A stretch of DNA of 64,000 nucleotides, taken from positions 448,001-512,000 of the forward strand of contig CM000207.1 in assembly GCA_000002445.1 (NCBI GenBank), in the 5' to 3' direction. Under the pieces are notes generated by a model, which worked only from the letters and a program-made list of their open reading frames with translations, did no database searches and was not told where the DNA came from. The number at the start of each line of letters is the position of its first letter. Within the stretch, counting starts at the first letter, position 1. The stretch comes from Trypanosoma brucei. Its lineage: Eukaryota. Shown one piece after another: positions 10,698-20,295 of the stretch. The position numbers were made by a program, and so were the translations under genes.

Positions 10698-13600
10698 TCA
10701 TCGTTCATTGTAAAGGTGAATGGCATTTTCCTGCGGTGTGTACCTGCTGGGGACCCAAGAACGAACTTGAACCCTCGAGGCCACGGGTTGGACCCGAGTC
10801 ATCGAGAACCGCGAGGGTGTAGGACCGACAGGTGTGCAGTGGTAATGCGCATTGGCGACTCGTGAAGCGATCCTCCCCAACCTCCTCGCAGTTTGGGACG
10901 TCGAATCCACTGTTGTACTCAAAGCGTTAGAACCGGTTGGAGAATATGGTGGTCCCCAACTGCTGGAGTGGTGCGACGGAGAACCAGGGGAAAGGCGATT
11001 CCAGCCATCCCTTTCCGTTAGCGTTGACGTACTGTCTTGGTAACTCTGTTGAGTGAATACAGGAGAAGGCATCCTTCCGCTTGGCGCCGCTCTCATGGCT
11101 GATTGAAGTGTTGGTGCCCATGAATTTGGCACCTGTTGTTGGGGGGATAGGGAGCGCGAAGCTCCCTGCACTATTTCACGTTGGTGTTCTGAGAAGGATA
11201 GGCTAAGGCGTTTTCTTTGCGGAGGTGGGTGGGGTTGCAGATATTCACCGCGACCCAGCTGGCCAGGCCCCGGTTGGGTACTCATAAAAGCTGAGCCTTC
11301 TGAGTGCGGTTCGTACAAACCACTGGTTTCACTACGCACCTCAGCGACGGGCGGTAAAGTAACGCGCTGACGACCCAACTCACCACCCAGTCCGCTGTTG
11401 GCTTTATTTTGATGTTGCTTTGATCGATTATAAGCATTGGAGATGGTGCTTCTCTTGGCTGGTAACCGCGGTGGCCGTAAGTTGACACCATCACCAAACC
11501 CTAGGTCTGGATACAGCCCAAGATACACAAGCCGCTCACCCTGGAAATCGGGACCAAAAGGCTCAGAGTTGCCGGTGTCTTGTGCAAGATTCAGTTTTCG
11601 AGAGCTCCCTGATGATGACGGACGTGCGGCAGAAGCTATCGCATCCCTTGCAGCAACAGCTCTCAAACAAGATATACTACTTGCGGGTCTCTCACCAGTG
11701 ACAGAGGGGGTGAAACGACTCGAAGTGCGGAGGGCGGGGGAACCCAAAGATTCACTTCGGCCAGCACCTGGACGAAGGGAGCAGGGCGACCCACCATCGA
11801 CCACCCACGGACGCCGATTTTCAGCTTCTGCAGACTGCAAAGACACGTTACGACCAGTATTCTCCTCTTTCGTATCGTGAAGAACTCCATCGCAGCTGAA
11901 AACAACAGAGGGAGATGCAGCTGATTGATTCTTTTCGCGGTAATCAAATGGGGAACTGCCGACATCCCGCGCATTCAGGACGCAGTGTTGGAGATCACGG
12001 CGCCGCGGTGCAGAAAAACGTGACGGTGTCCCCGACAATTTCGAGTGACTACGCATAGATGATGACACATCGGGCAGAGCGCTAACACCTCCAGCTTCTT
12101 TATCGCTGACGTTAGCAATGTCACCGCTCATACTGATAGTTGAACCTACCCGTTCCGTGGACACTCCTTCCGCTTTTGGTGAGTCATCGGCATTGTTATT
12201 GGCTTCAGCAGTTTGACACCGCCTTCGATTATTTGGCAGTCGCGCAGTTTTTTCCTTTGATGATACACCGGCAGAGGCACACCCACTACCCAAAGCATTG
12301 TTCAGTGTGGTAATCACGGCATCACGTGCAGCGTCAACAGCCGAGTTTTTCACAGCACTCCTCAAAGTTGATCTAACAGCAGAGACTCCACCCCCCGTAG
12401 GGGCACCATCATAAATCATATTTGACATTTCTTCCGACGACCAGCGTATAAACTCCTCACCATCAACAACTAGCTGAGCGCAGACATCAACAGAAACGAC
12501 GATTGCTTCACCAAATACAACAGGTTCCACAACAGCAGATGAAAAACTTGTTAACTTACCGCCCCTCCGAGTGTCAACAGATCCCACTTCACCCCCCTTC
12601 ACCGACAACACATCAACATCCTTTGACAACGAGGAAATCTCTCGCATTTCATTGCAGGCATCAGCCTCAAAACGAAATACTTTCCCCTCAACACCAGAAT
12701 TATCTAATGTAAGGCGATTAGCAGAAGAGACGTCACTACCAACAGATGGTACACCATCAATTTCAAAATCCTCAACATCTTCAGGAGCAGCTGTTCCTGT
12801 AACATCAGTTTTACTTCCCTCGCCATCACAAACAAATCCATCACTTCCACCATCCTCTTTGCTCAGTTCCTTTGCATCAACATCAGCTGTGGGAATAGCT
12901 GCATCCTCTTTGCTCAGTTCCTTTGCATCATCATCAGCTGTAGGAATAGCTGCATCCTCTTTGCTCAGTTCCTTTGCATCATCATCGGCTGTGGGAATAG
13001 CTGCATCCTCTTTGCTCAGTTCCTTTGCATCATCATCAGCAGTGGGAATAGCTGCATCCTCTTTGCTCAGTTCCTTTGCATCATCATCAGCTGTAGGAAT
13101 AGCTGCATCCTCTTTGCTCAGTTCCTTTGCATCAACATCAGCTGTGGGAATAGCTGCATCCTCTTTGCTCAGTTCCTTTGCATCAACATCAGCTGTGGGA
13201 ATAGCTGCATCCTCTTTGCTCAGTTCCTTTGCATCATCATCAGCTGTAGGAATGGCTGCATCCTCTTTGCTCAGTTCCTTTGCATCATCATCAGCTGTGG
13301 GAATGGCTGCATCCTCTTTGCTCAGTTCCTTTGCATCATCATCAGCTGTAGGAATAGCTGCATCCTCTTTGCTCAGTTCCTTTGCATCATCATCGGCTGT
13401 GGGAATAGCTGCATCCTCTTTGCTCAGTTCCTTTGCATCATCATCAGCTGTGGGAATAGCTGCATCCTCTTTGCTCAGTTCCTTTGCATCATCATCGGCT
13501 GTGGGAATAGCTGCATCCTCTTTGCTCAGTTCCTTTGCATCAACATCAGCTGTGGGAATGGCTGCATCCTCTTTGCTCAGTTCCTTTGCATCATCATCAG

Positions 13601-16600
13601 CTGTGGGAATAGCTGCATCCTCTTTGCTCAGTTCCTTTGCATCATCATCAGCTGTAGGAATAGCTACATCCTCTTTGCTCAGTTCCTTTGCATCATCATC
13701 GGCTGTGGGAATAGCTGCATCCTCTTTGCTCAGTTCCTTTGCATCATCATCAGCTGTGGGAATGGCTGCATCCTCTTTGCTCAGTTCCTTTGCATCATCA
13801 TCGGCTGTGGGAATAGCTGCATCCTCTTTGCTCAGTTCCTTTGCATCATCATCAGCTGTGGGAATAGCTGCATCCTCTTTGCTCAGTTCCTTTGCATCAT
13901 CATCAGCTGTGGGAATGGCTGCATCCTCTTTGCTCAGTTCCTTTGCATCATCATCAGCTGTAGGAATAGCTGCATCCTCTTTGCTCAGTTCCTTTGCATC
14001 ATCATCGGCTGTGGGAATAGCTGCATCCTCTTTGCTCAGTTCCTTTGCATCAACATCAGCTGTGGGAATGGCTGCATCCTCTTTGCTCAGTTCCTTTGCA
14101 TCATCATCGGCTGTGGGAATAGCTGCATCCTCTTTGCTCAGTTCCTTTGCATCAACATCAGCTGTGGGAATGGCTGCATCCTCTTTGCTCAGTTCCTTTG
14201 CATCATCATCAGCTGTGGGAATAGCTGCATCCTCTTTGCTCAGTTCCTTTGCATCATCATCAGCTGTAGGAATAGCTACATCCTCTTTGCTCAGTTCCTT
14301 TGCATCATCATCGGCTGTGGGAATAGCTGCATCCTCTTTGCTCAGTTCCTTTGCATCAACATCAGCTGTGGGAATAGCTGCATCCTCTTTGCTCAGTTCC
14401 TTTGCATCATCATCAGCTGTGGGAATAGCTGCATCCTGTTTGCTCAGTTCCTTTGCATCATCATCGGCTGTGGGAATAGCTGCATCCTGTTTGCTCAGTT
14501 CCTTTGCATTATCATCAGCTGTGGGAATAGCTGCATCCTCTTTGCTCAGTTCCTTTGCATCAACATCAGCTGTGGGAATAGCTGCATCCTCTTTGCTCAG
14601 TTCCTTTGCATCAACATCAGCTGTGGGAATAGCTGCATCCTCTTTGCTCAGTTCCTTTGCATCAACATCAGCTGTGGGAATGGCTGCATCCTCTTTGCTC
14701 AGTTCCTTTGCATCAACATCAGCTGTGGGAATAGCTGCATCCTCTTTGCTCAGTTTCTTTGCATCAACATCAGCTGTGGGAATAGCTGCATCCTCTTTGC
14801 TCAGTTTCTTTGCATCAACATCAGCTGTGGGAATAGCTGCATCCTCTTTGCTCAGTTCCTTTGCATCATCATCAGCTGTGGGAATAGCTGCATCCTCTTT
14901 GCTCAGTTCCTTTGCATCATCATCAGCTGTGGGAATAGCTGCATCCTCTTTGCCCAGTTCCTTTGCATCATCATCAGCTGTGGGAATAGCTGCATCCTGT
15001 TTGCTCAGTTCCTTTGCATTATCATCAGCTGTGGGAATAGCTGCATCCTCTTTGCTCAGTTCCTTTGCATCATCATCAGCTGTGGGAATAGCTGCATCCT
15101 CTTTGCTCAGTTCCTTTGCATCAACATCAGCTGTGGGAATAGCTGCATCCTCTTTGCTCAGTTTCTTTGCATCAACATCAGCTGTGGGAATAGCTGCATC
15201 CTCTTTGCTCAGTTCCTTTGCATCAACATCAGCTGTGGGAATAGCTGCATCCTCTTTGCTCAGTTCCTTTGCATCAACATCAGCTGTGGGAATAGCTGCA
15301 TCCTCTTTGCTCAGTTCCTTTGCATCAACATCAGCTGTGGGAATAGCTGCATCCTCTTTGCTCAGTTCCTTTGCATCAACATCAGCTGTGGGAATAGCTG
15401 CATCCTCTTTGCTCAGTTTCTTTGCATCAACATCAGCTGTGGGAATGGCTGCATCCTCTTTGCTCAGTTCCTTTGCATCAACATCAGCTGTGGGAATGGC
15501 TGCATCCTCTTTGCTCAGTTCCTTTGCATCAACATCAGCTGTGGGAATAGCTGCATCCTCTTTGCTCAGTTTCTTTGCATCAACATCAGCTGTAGGAATA
15601 GCTGCATCCTCTTTGCTCAGTTCCTTTGCATCATCATCAGCTGTGGGAATAGCTGCATCCTCTTTGCTCAGTTCCTTTGCATCATCATCAGCTGTGGGAA
15701 TAGCTGCATCCTGTTTGCTCAGTTCCTTTGCATCATCATCAGCTGTGGGAATGGCTGCATCCTGTTTGCTCAGTTCCTTTGCATCAACATCAGCTGTGGG
15801 AATAGCTACATCCTCTTTGCTCAGTTCCTTTGCATCATCATCAGCTGTGGGAATAGCTACATCCTCTTTGCTCAGTTCCTTTGCATCATCATCAGCTGTG
15901 GGAATAGCTACATCCTCTTTGCTCAGTTCCTTTGCATCATCATCAGCTGTGGGAATAGCTGCATCCTCTTTGCTCAGTTCCTTTGCATCAACATCAGCTG
16001 TGGGAATAGCTACATCCTCTTTGCTCAGTTCCTTTGCATCATCATCAGCTGTGGGAATAGCTGCATCCTCTTTGCTCAGTTCCTTTGCATCAACATCAGC
16101 TGTGGGAATAGCTGCATCCTCTTTGCTCAGTTCCTTTGCATCAACATCAGCTGTGGGAATAGCTGCATCCTCTTTGCTCAGTTCCTTTGCATCATCATCG
16201 GCTGTGGGAATAGCTACATCCTCTTTGCTCAGTTCCTTTGCATCATCATCAGCTGTGGGAATGGCTGCATCCTGTTTGCTCAGTTCCTTTGCATCAACAT
16301 CAGCTGTGGGAATAGCTACATCCTCTTTGCTCAGTTCCTTTGCATCATCATCAGCTGTGGGAATAGCTACATCCTCTTTGCTCAGTTCCTTTGCATCATC
16401 ATCGGCTGTGGGAATAGCTGCATCCTGTTTGCTCAGTTCCTTTGCATCATCATCGGCTGTGGGAATAGCTGCATCCTGTTTGCTCAGTTCCTTTGCATCG
16501 TGAGCTGCATCATTATTTGTTTTATCGTTATCACTTCCTTTATTTTTCTGTTGGAGTTCAGTGATTGTGATGTTGTCAATGACCTTTTGCGCGTTGTCAG

Positions 16601-19229
16601 ATACGGCTTTATCCATTGATTGTTGTATTAGATTGGTTAAAATTGTTTCTTTACCTTCTTGTTCGCCATTTGTGTCCAAATGTTGCTGTTTGTTTATTGT
16701 TTTGCCGTGTTGTGGTGAGTCAAATTGATTGTGTACCGTGTGCTCATTTTCGTGTGTGGTAAGCGGTTTTTCTTGCTGGTTATTGTTTGTTTCTTTAGTT
16801 GTGAAGTCGTCGCAAGTTTCTGTACCCTCTTGTTTAATTTTGTCACTGGCTCGCCGGCTTGGAACTATTTCTTGAGTGGCAACGGTATCGTTAAGGGACG
16901 GAGTGCCACCCTCGCTACCTGTTGACCCCTTCAAAACCGTGTTTTCCCCTGCGTTGTTCAAGAGTGTTTGTTCCGCTGACAGGGCATCCCCTGGTTGTTG
17001 ATGCATGGGCTCTGTTGCTTGTATTGACAGCCGATTAGAAGAATTGATTTTGTGTTCTAAATTTGTCGGTGTTGTCCCCCCAGTTTGTTTTCCTGTATCT
17101 TGTTCTTTTGATGTCCTTTCCTCTCCCTCCACTATCGTGGTAGGCTGCATACCGTTCGCCAGTTCTTGTTCTGCATGTCGTTGATTCGGTGATTCGCGTG
17201 TCTGCCGCTCTTTCTCATCTATATTTTGGCATTTTCCCACAGGAGTGAGTTGATCCCTTGTGACAGTGGTGTGCTCTTGGCAATTTCCATTGTTAATTAA
17301 CAGTTGAGAAGTATTCACCCCTTGACAACCGTTGAATTGTTGCTCAGTTGCTTGACAAGGTGGCTGTTGGTACTGCTGGAGAGCCAGCCGAAGAGACATG
17401 ACCTCTTTCTGTATAGCAGTGGTTGCACTCATTATGTATTGTTCAGAGCTCTCCGTCGCGGTGGTTCCTGCAAATTGTTCTTCGGAGCAAACATTTGTTT
17501 CGTGTTCAACTGCACTAGGTACCGATTTTTCATTTCCTGGGACCAGTGCGTCTTCGTTGAACCCCAAAACTCTGTTAACTTGCGGGGCAAACACCTGCTC
17601 CACTTTATGTGTGTGTAGTGTCTGTTGTTGTTGGTTGCCCTTATTAGTCTCGACTTCGGTGGCCGTTCTCACATCACCGAGATGCCCATGCAGATATTCT
17701 GTGGTAACACTACTGCTGTGTTCTTCCCAAAAAGGCTGAGAAGTAGGCGGCTCCTTCGTTTTCACACTTTGTACTTGGCTCCTTTGGTTCTGTGAGGATT
17801 TCCTCCTTTTCCCCTCCAGAAGTTCATACAACTTGTGAACGTTGTTCAGTTCACATGTAGTAATGATGTCGCGAATTGCAGCATCACTGAGTTTGCCGTC
17901 GTGTTGTATGGATACCTCCACCATATTTGAATTTCTACAATTAAGTGCTACCGAAACATTTCCATGCGGTACCCCAAGAGAGTGTGCGATATCTTTTTCA
18001 TATGCCTGACATAGGTGAAACGGTACCACGCGCAACGACGTGTTTTGCTTGCTCTTGGGAAGGTCAAGGAGGAACATTGACTCTCTGGGGACCAACTTGG
18101 GCACCATCGCCCTTCGTGACATCTTTTGTCCCCTGCCTTCTCCCTTTTTAGGAGACATCTCACTGAGGGGCGAGGGAGTGCTCCGTTGCGACAACAGACA
18201 TGGCTTTCTAGGGCTTGAGCACGCTAATGTTGCTGTCAATGAGAACGTGTCACCCAACGCGTCATACTTGAGGCGTCGCAACTTGTACCGTATATGCTGC
18301 TCCGCCGTATACAGTGCCTCCCTATTTAATGTTTCCTCGAACGCTACATATTGTATGTCGTCAAGCATATCTTGACTCATTTCCTCCCATGCTTCTGCCG
18401 CGTCACCTGCACTGCTGGAGCGCTGTGAAGAGCAAGTAGCAGCGAACCCCGGGCACCCCCCTTTTGCTTCCATTTGGCTACTGCTCACTGCACCTGGGCT
18501 GGGGGTTCCCGTCCACCGGGATGTGTCGAATGTCTTCCCGGTGCTGTTCAATTTGTTTAAAACTTTACTGACTATTGCCCCTGTCTCCCCCTCGTCGCCA
18601 GCTGCACCACCCATATACACTTCGTTTCGCTGCGGCGAGCCTTCTTTCCTATCGCTGCCGCTCCGTTGATTTCCCTGTGTATTTCGGTCCTGTGCCACCA
18701 CAGCAATTTTGTACAAGTTCCCAACATGTCGTACGTTATCAGGCGTCAGAAGAGTGTAGGCGCCCTTGTTTTTATCAAAATATGTGATAAACACCACGCT
18801 TAGTTGTAAGAGCTCTGCGTTCTTCTGTATAGTTTCCAATACTGTCTCTATTGTCAGGGGGCCGTCGACATGCGGTGCCCCAACTAGCATAGAACCAACC
18901 AGCTCACCCGAGTCGGATATAAACTCGAGAGACCAGTTTTCTCCATTTATTGTGCCCTCCAGACGGCTTCCACTCGCACCCTGAGATCGGGGGTAACCCC
19001 CTTTGCCCCACGTGCCATCGTAGGTTGATTGCAGCGATATGTCACCCGACTGTTTTTCGAAACGAGACAATGGCCTACTGTAAGGTTCCAATAAATCCGC
19101 ACTGTACGTTGAAGGCGTGTCCCTGCCACTGTGTAGGTTTCTGCCGGCTTGGTTGGGGCGTTCGCTGCCGGTAGCTACACGACCATCTAAATGTCCGTCT
19201 CCCGGATGTGCCCTAGAGGTAAAATACAT
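10698..19229 (-). CDS. Giant tandem-repeat protein (2843 aa): unique N-terminal domain, ~70 x 17-aa acidic repeats DAKELSKEDAAIPTAD[D/V], long S-rich C-terminal region
   Basis: ATG verified at 19229-19227. Single uninterrupted frame of 8.5 kb on the gene strand. The repeat unit is exactly 51 nt and near-identical between copies. Flanking regions are non-repetitive and serine-rich. Confidence 0.75.
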   Translation of the reverse strand: MYFTSRAHPGDGHLDGRVATGSERPNQAGRNLHSGRDTPSTYSADLLEPYSRPLSRFEKQSGDISLQSTYDGTWGKGGYPRSQGASGSRLEGTINGENWSLEFISDSGELVGSMLVGAPHVDGPLTIETVLETIQKNAELLQLSVVFITYFDKNKGAYTLLTPDNVRHVGNLYKIAVVAQDRNTQGNQRSGSDRKEGSPQRNEVYMGGAAGDEGETGAIVSKVLNKLNSTGKTFDTSRWTGTPSPGAVSSSQMEAKGGCPGFAATCSSQRSSSAGDAAEAWEEMSQDMLDDIQYVAFEETLNREALYTAEQHIRYKLRRLKYDALGDTFSLTATLACSSPRKPCLLSQRSTPSPLSEMSPKKGEGRGQKMSRRAMVPKLVPRESMFLLDLPKSKQNTSLRVVPFHLCQAYEKDIAHSLGVPHGNVSVALNCRNSNMVEVSIQHDGKLSDAAIRDIITTCELNNVHKLYELLEGKRRKSSQNQRSQVQSVKTKEPPTSQPFWEEHSSSVTTEYLHGHLGDVRTATEVETNKGNQQQQTLHTHKVEQVFAPQVNRVLGFNEDALVPGNEKSVPSAVEHETNVCSEEQFAGTTATESSEQYIMSATTAIQKEVMSLRLALQQYQQPPCQATEQQFNGCQGVNTSQLLINNGNCQEHTTVTRDQLTPVGKCQNIDEKERQTRESPNQRHAEQELANGMQPTTIVEGEERTSKEQDTGKQTGGTTPTNLEHKINSSNRLSIQATEPMHQQPGDALSAEQTLLNNAGENTVLKGSTGSEGGTPSLNDTVATQEIVPSRRASDKIKQEGTETCDDFTTKETNNNQQEKPLTTHENEHTVHNQFDSPQHGKTINKQQHLDTNGEQEGKETILTNLIQQSMDKAVSDNAQKVIDNITITELQQKNKGSDNDKTNNDAAHDAKELSKQDAAIPTADDDAKELSKQDAAIPTADDDAKELSKEDVAIPTADDDAKELSKEDVAIPTADVDAKELSKQDAAIPTADDDAKELSKEDVAIPTADDDAKELSKEDAAIPTADVDAKELSKEDAAIPTADVDAKELSKEDAAIPTADDDAKELSKEDVAIPTADVDAKELSKEDAAIPTADDDAKELSKEDVAIPTADDDAKELSKEDVAIPTADDDAKELSKEDVAIPTADVDAKELSKQDAAIPTADDDAKELSKQDAAIPTADDDAKELSKEDAAIPTADDDAKELSKEDAAIPTADVDAKKLSKEDAAIPTADVDAKELSKEDAAIPTADVDAKELSKEDAAIPTADVDAKKLSKEDAAIPTADVDAKELSKEDAAIPTADVDAKELSKEDAAIPTADVDAKELSKEDAAIPTADVDAKELSKEDAAIPTADVDAKKLSKEDAAIPTADVDAKELSKEDAAIPTADDDAKELSKEDAAIPTADDNAKELSKQDAAIPTADDDAKELGKEDAAIPTADDDAKELSKEDAAIPTADDDAKELSKEDAAIPTADVDAKKLSKEDAAIPTADVDAKKLSKEDAAIPTADVDAKELSKEDAAIPTADVDAKELSKEDAAIPTADVDAKELSKEDAAIPTADVDAKELSKEDAAIPTADDNAKELSKQDAAIPTADDDAKELSKQDAAIPTADDDAKELSKEDAAIPTADVDAKELSKEDAAIPTADDDAKELSKEDVAIPTADDDAKELSKEDAAIPTADDDAKELSKEDAAIPTADVDAKELSKEDAAIPTADDDAKELSKEDAAIPTADVDAKELSKEDAAIPTADDDAKELSKEDAAIPTADDDAKELSKEDAAIPTADDDAKELSKEDAAIPTADDDAKELSKEDAAIPTADDDAKELSKEDAAIPTADDDAKELSKEDAAIPTADDDAKELSKEDVAIPTADDDAKELSKEDAAIPTADDDAKELSKEDAAIPTADVDAKELSKEDAAIPTADDDAKELSKEDAAIPTADDDAKELSKEDAAIPTADDDAKELSKEDAAIPTADDDAKELSKEDAAIPTADDDAKELSKEDAAIPTADDDAKELSKEDAAIPTADVDAKELSKEDAAIPTADVDAKELSKEDAAIPTADDDAKELSKEDAAIPTADDDAKELSKEDAAIPTADDDAKELSKEDAAIPTADDDAKELSKEDAAIPTADVDAKELSKEDGGSDGFVCDGEGSKTDVTGTAAPEDVEDFEIDGVPSVGSDVSSANRLTLDNSGVEGKVFRFEADACNEMREISSLSKDVDVLSVKGGEVGSVDTRRGGKLTSFSSAVVEPVVFGEAIVVSVDVCAQLVVDGEEFIRWSSEEMSNMIYDGAPTGGGVSAVRSTLRSAVKNSAVDAARDAVITTLNNALGSGCASAGVSSKEKTARLPNNRRRCQTAEANNNADDSPKAEGVSTERVGSTISMSGDIANVSDKEAGGVSALPDVSSSMRSHSKLSGTPSRFSAPRRRDLQHCVLNARDVGSSPFDYREKNQSAASPSVVFSCDGVLHDTKEENTGRNVSLQSAEAENRRPWVVDGGSPCSLRPGAGRSESLGSPALRTSSRFTPSVTGERPASSISCLRAVAARDAIASAARPSSSGSSRKLNLAQDTGNSEPFGPDFQGERLVYLGLYPDLGFGDGVNLRPPRLPAKRSTISNAYNRSKQHQNKANSGLGGELGRQRVTLPPVAEVRSETSGLYEPHSEGSAFMSTQPGPGQLGRGEYLQPHPPPQRKRLSLSFSEHQREIVQGASRSLSPQQQVPNSWAPTLQSAMRAAPSGRMPSPVFTQQSYQDSTSTLTERDGWNRLSPGSPSHHSSSWGPPYSPTGSNALSTTVDSTSQTARRLGRIASRVANAHYHCTPVGPTPSRFSMTRVQPVASRVQVRSWVPSRYTPQENAIHLYNER
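12850..16505 (-). repeat. 51-bp tandem repeat array (~71 units), coding, inside the giant ORF
   Basis: Plus-strand unit gctgtgggaatagctgcatcctctttgctcagttcctttgcatcatcatca is repeated head-to-tail. Only a handful of substitution types occur (atc/aac, agct/ggct, atagct/atggct, gcatcc/acatcc, tcctct/tcctgt, gttcc/gtttc) and they appear in blocks. Confidence 0.95.
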
Positions 19230-20295
19230 GTATCCCCGCTAAGGGGGCGATAGAACCACTGCTTGTTGCCTATAAATGGGCAATCCTTACCTCCTCTTTT
19301 TCTTACCCTCCCCTCTCTCCTACTACCACGCAGTCAATGCTTTCTAATGTGAAGCCGCTCACCGCGTTAAATGAACGGGTTTGCCGAGCGAAAGGAACAA
19401 ATAATACTGTGCGAGTGCGCTTTTTTCCGTGGCCGTATGTTCATGCAACGCCAAGAAGCGTGTAGGGAGCACGAAGTCCCTCTCCGTCACTTCAGTCGGG
19501 AGGGTTGCTCGTATTGTTACAAGACAAAGGTGCTGGAAAAGAAGGTGTTGCGGAGGTTTTTTCTTCCTATTATTTCGACTTCTGACCCTGAGTGTGGAGA
19601 GAAGCACATAGTTCACACAGAAATTAGTGAGGAAAAACGGGTGGTGTGAGCGAAAAGGAGAGTGTCGGTGTGGTAAAATATACACATCCATCCAGTTTTC
19701 CCAAACATAATTAGAACCAAACTTATTTTGTTGTCTGTGAAAAAAAAAATACGTTGTACTGTTGGATATTCTACACACTTTTAAATTTCGGGGTCCGTGC
19801 AGGCATGTTATTGACGACTGTAGTGTTCGTACCCGTTGCGTGGTCCGGTAAGGTGCTCGGCAGTCCCAGTTCCACCCCTTGTGAGAGGCGTGGGTAAGAT
19901 GTGTAAAATTTCATAAATCACCAACTCGTTGGCTTAGTGATGGACGCAACGGAATGTCCCTCTCTCTTTGCATTTGCCCCCACATTGGGTTCAAATGGAT
20001 GCATGCCGTTGACGGTGGGGAAGATCGAAATAAACGGTGGTAATATAGGAGGAGATTAATGGGTTACCAGCGATTTTAATCTCGTTCCGTAAATATAAGG
20101 CTTTCCCCACTCCGCGCCAGCAAGTCACAGAAGAAGAAACTTCGAGCAGGTGGTTACTAAGCTGAAACCGCGCCAGATATACGGTTCTTCGTGGAACAGA
20201 GTACTGATTACAGAAGTATGAAGAAACATTTATCGCTTTGTTCGTAGGGGTGAAACTTGGCATGTAGCACAGCCAACTAACATCGTCGCCGTGGT

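Noticed and set aside
12571-16503. 1310-aa plus-strand ORF (SSLLSSFASSSAVGIAA repeated) antisense to the tandem-repeat array
   Set aside because: It is a by-product of the 51-nt period lacking stop codons in one antisense frame. It lies opposite the uniformly minus-strand gene array, and its 'protein' is a pure low-complexity repeat with no independent start or processing signals.
12850-16505. Possibility that the regular 51-bp repeats are a CRISPR-like array or that the window holds a prokaryotic defence system
   Set aside because: The repeats are contiguous with no spacers and are in-frame coding sequence within an 8.5-kb ORF. The whole window has eukaryotic kinetoplastid organisation (tRNA-Sec with a 9/4 fold, kinases, SENP, PHD finger), and no cas-like or defence-like ORFs are present.
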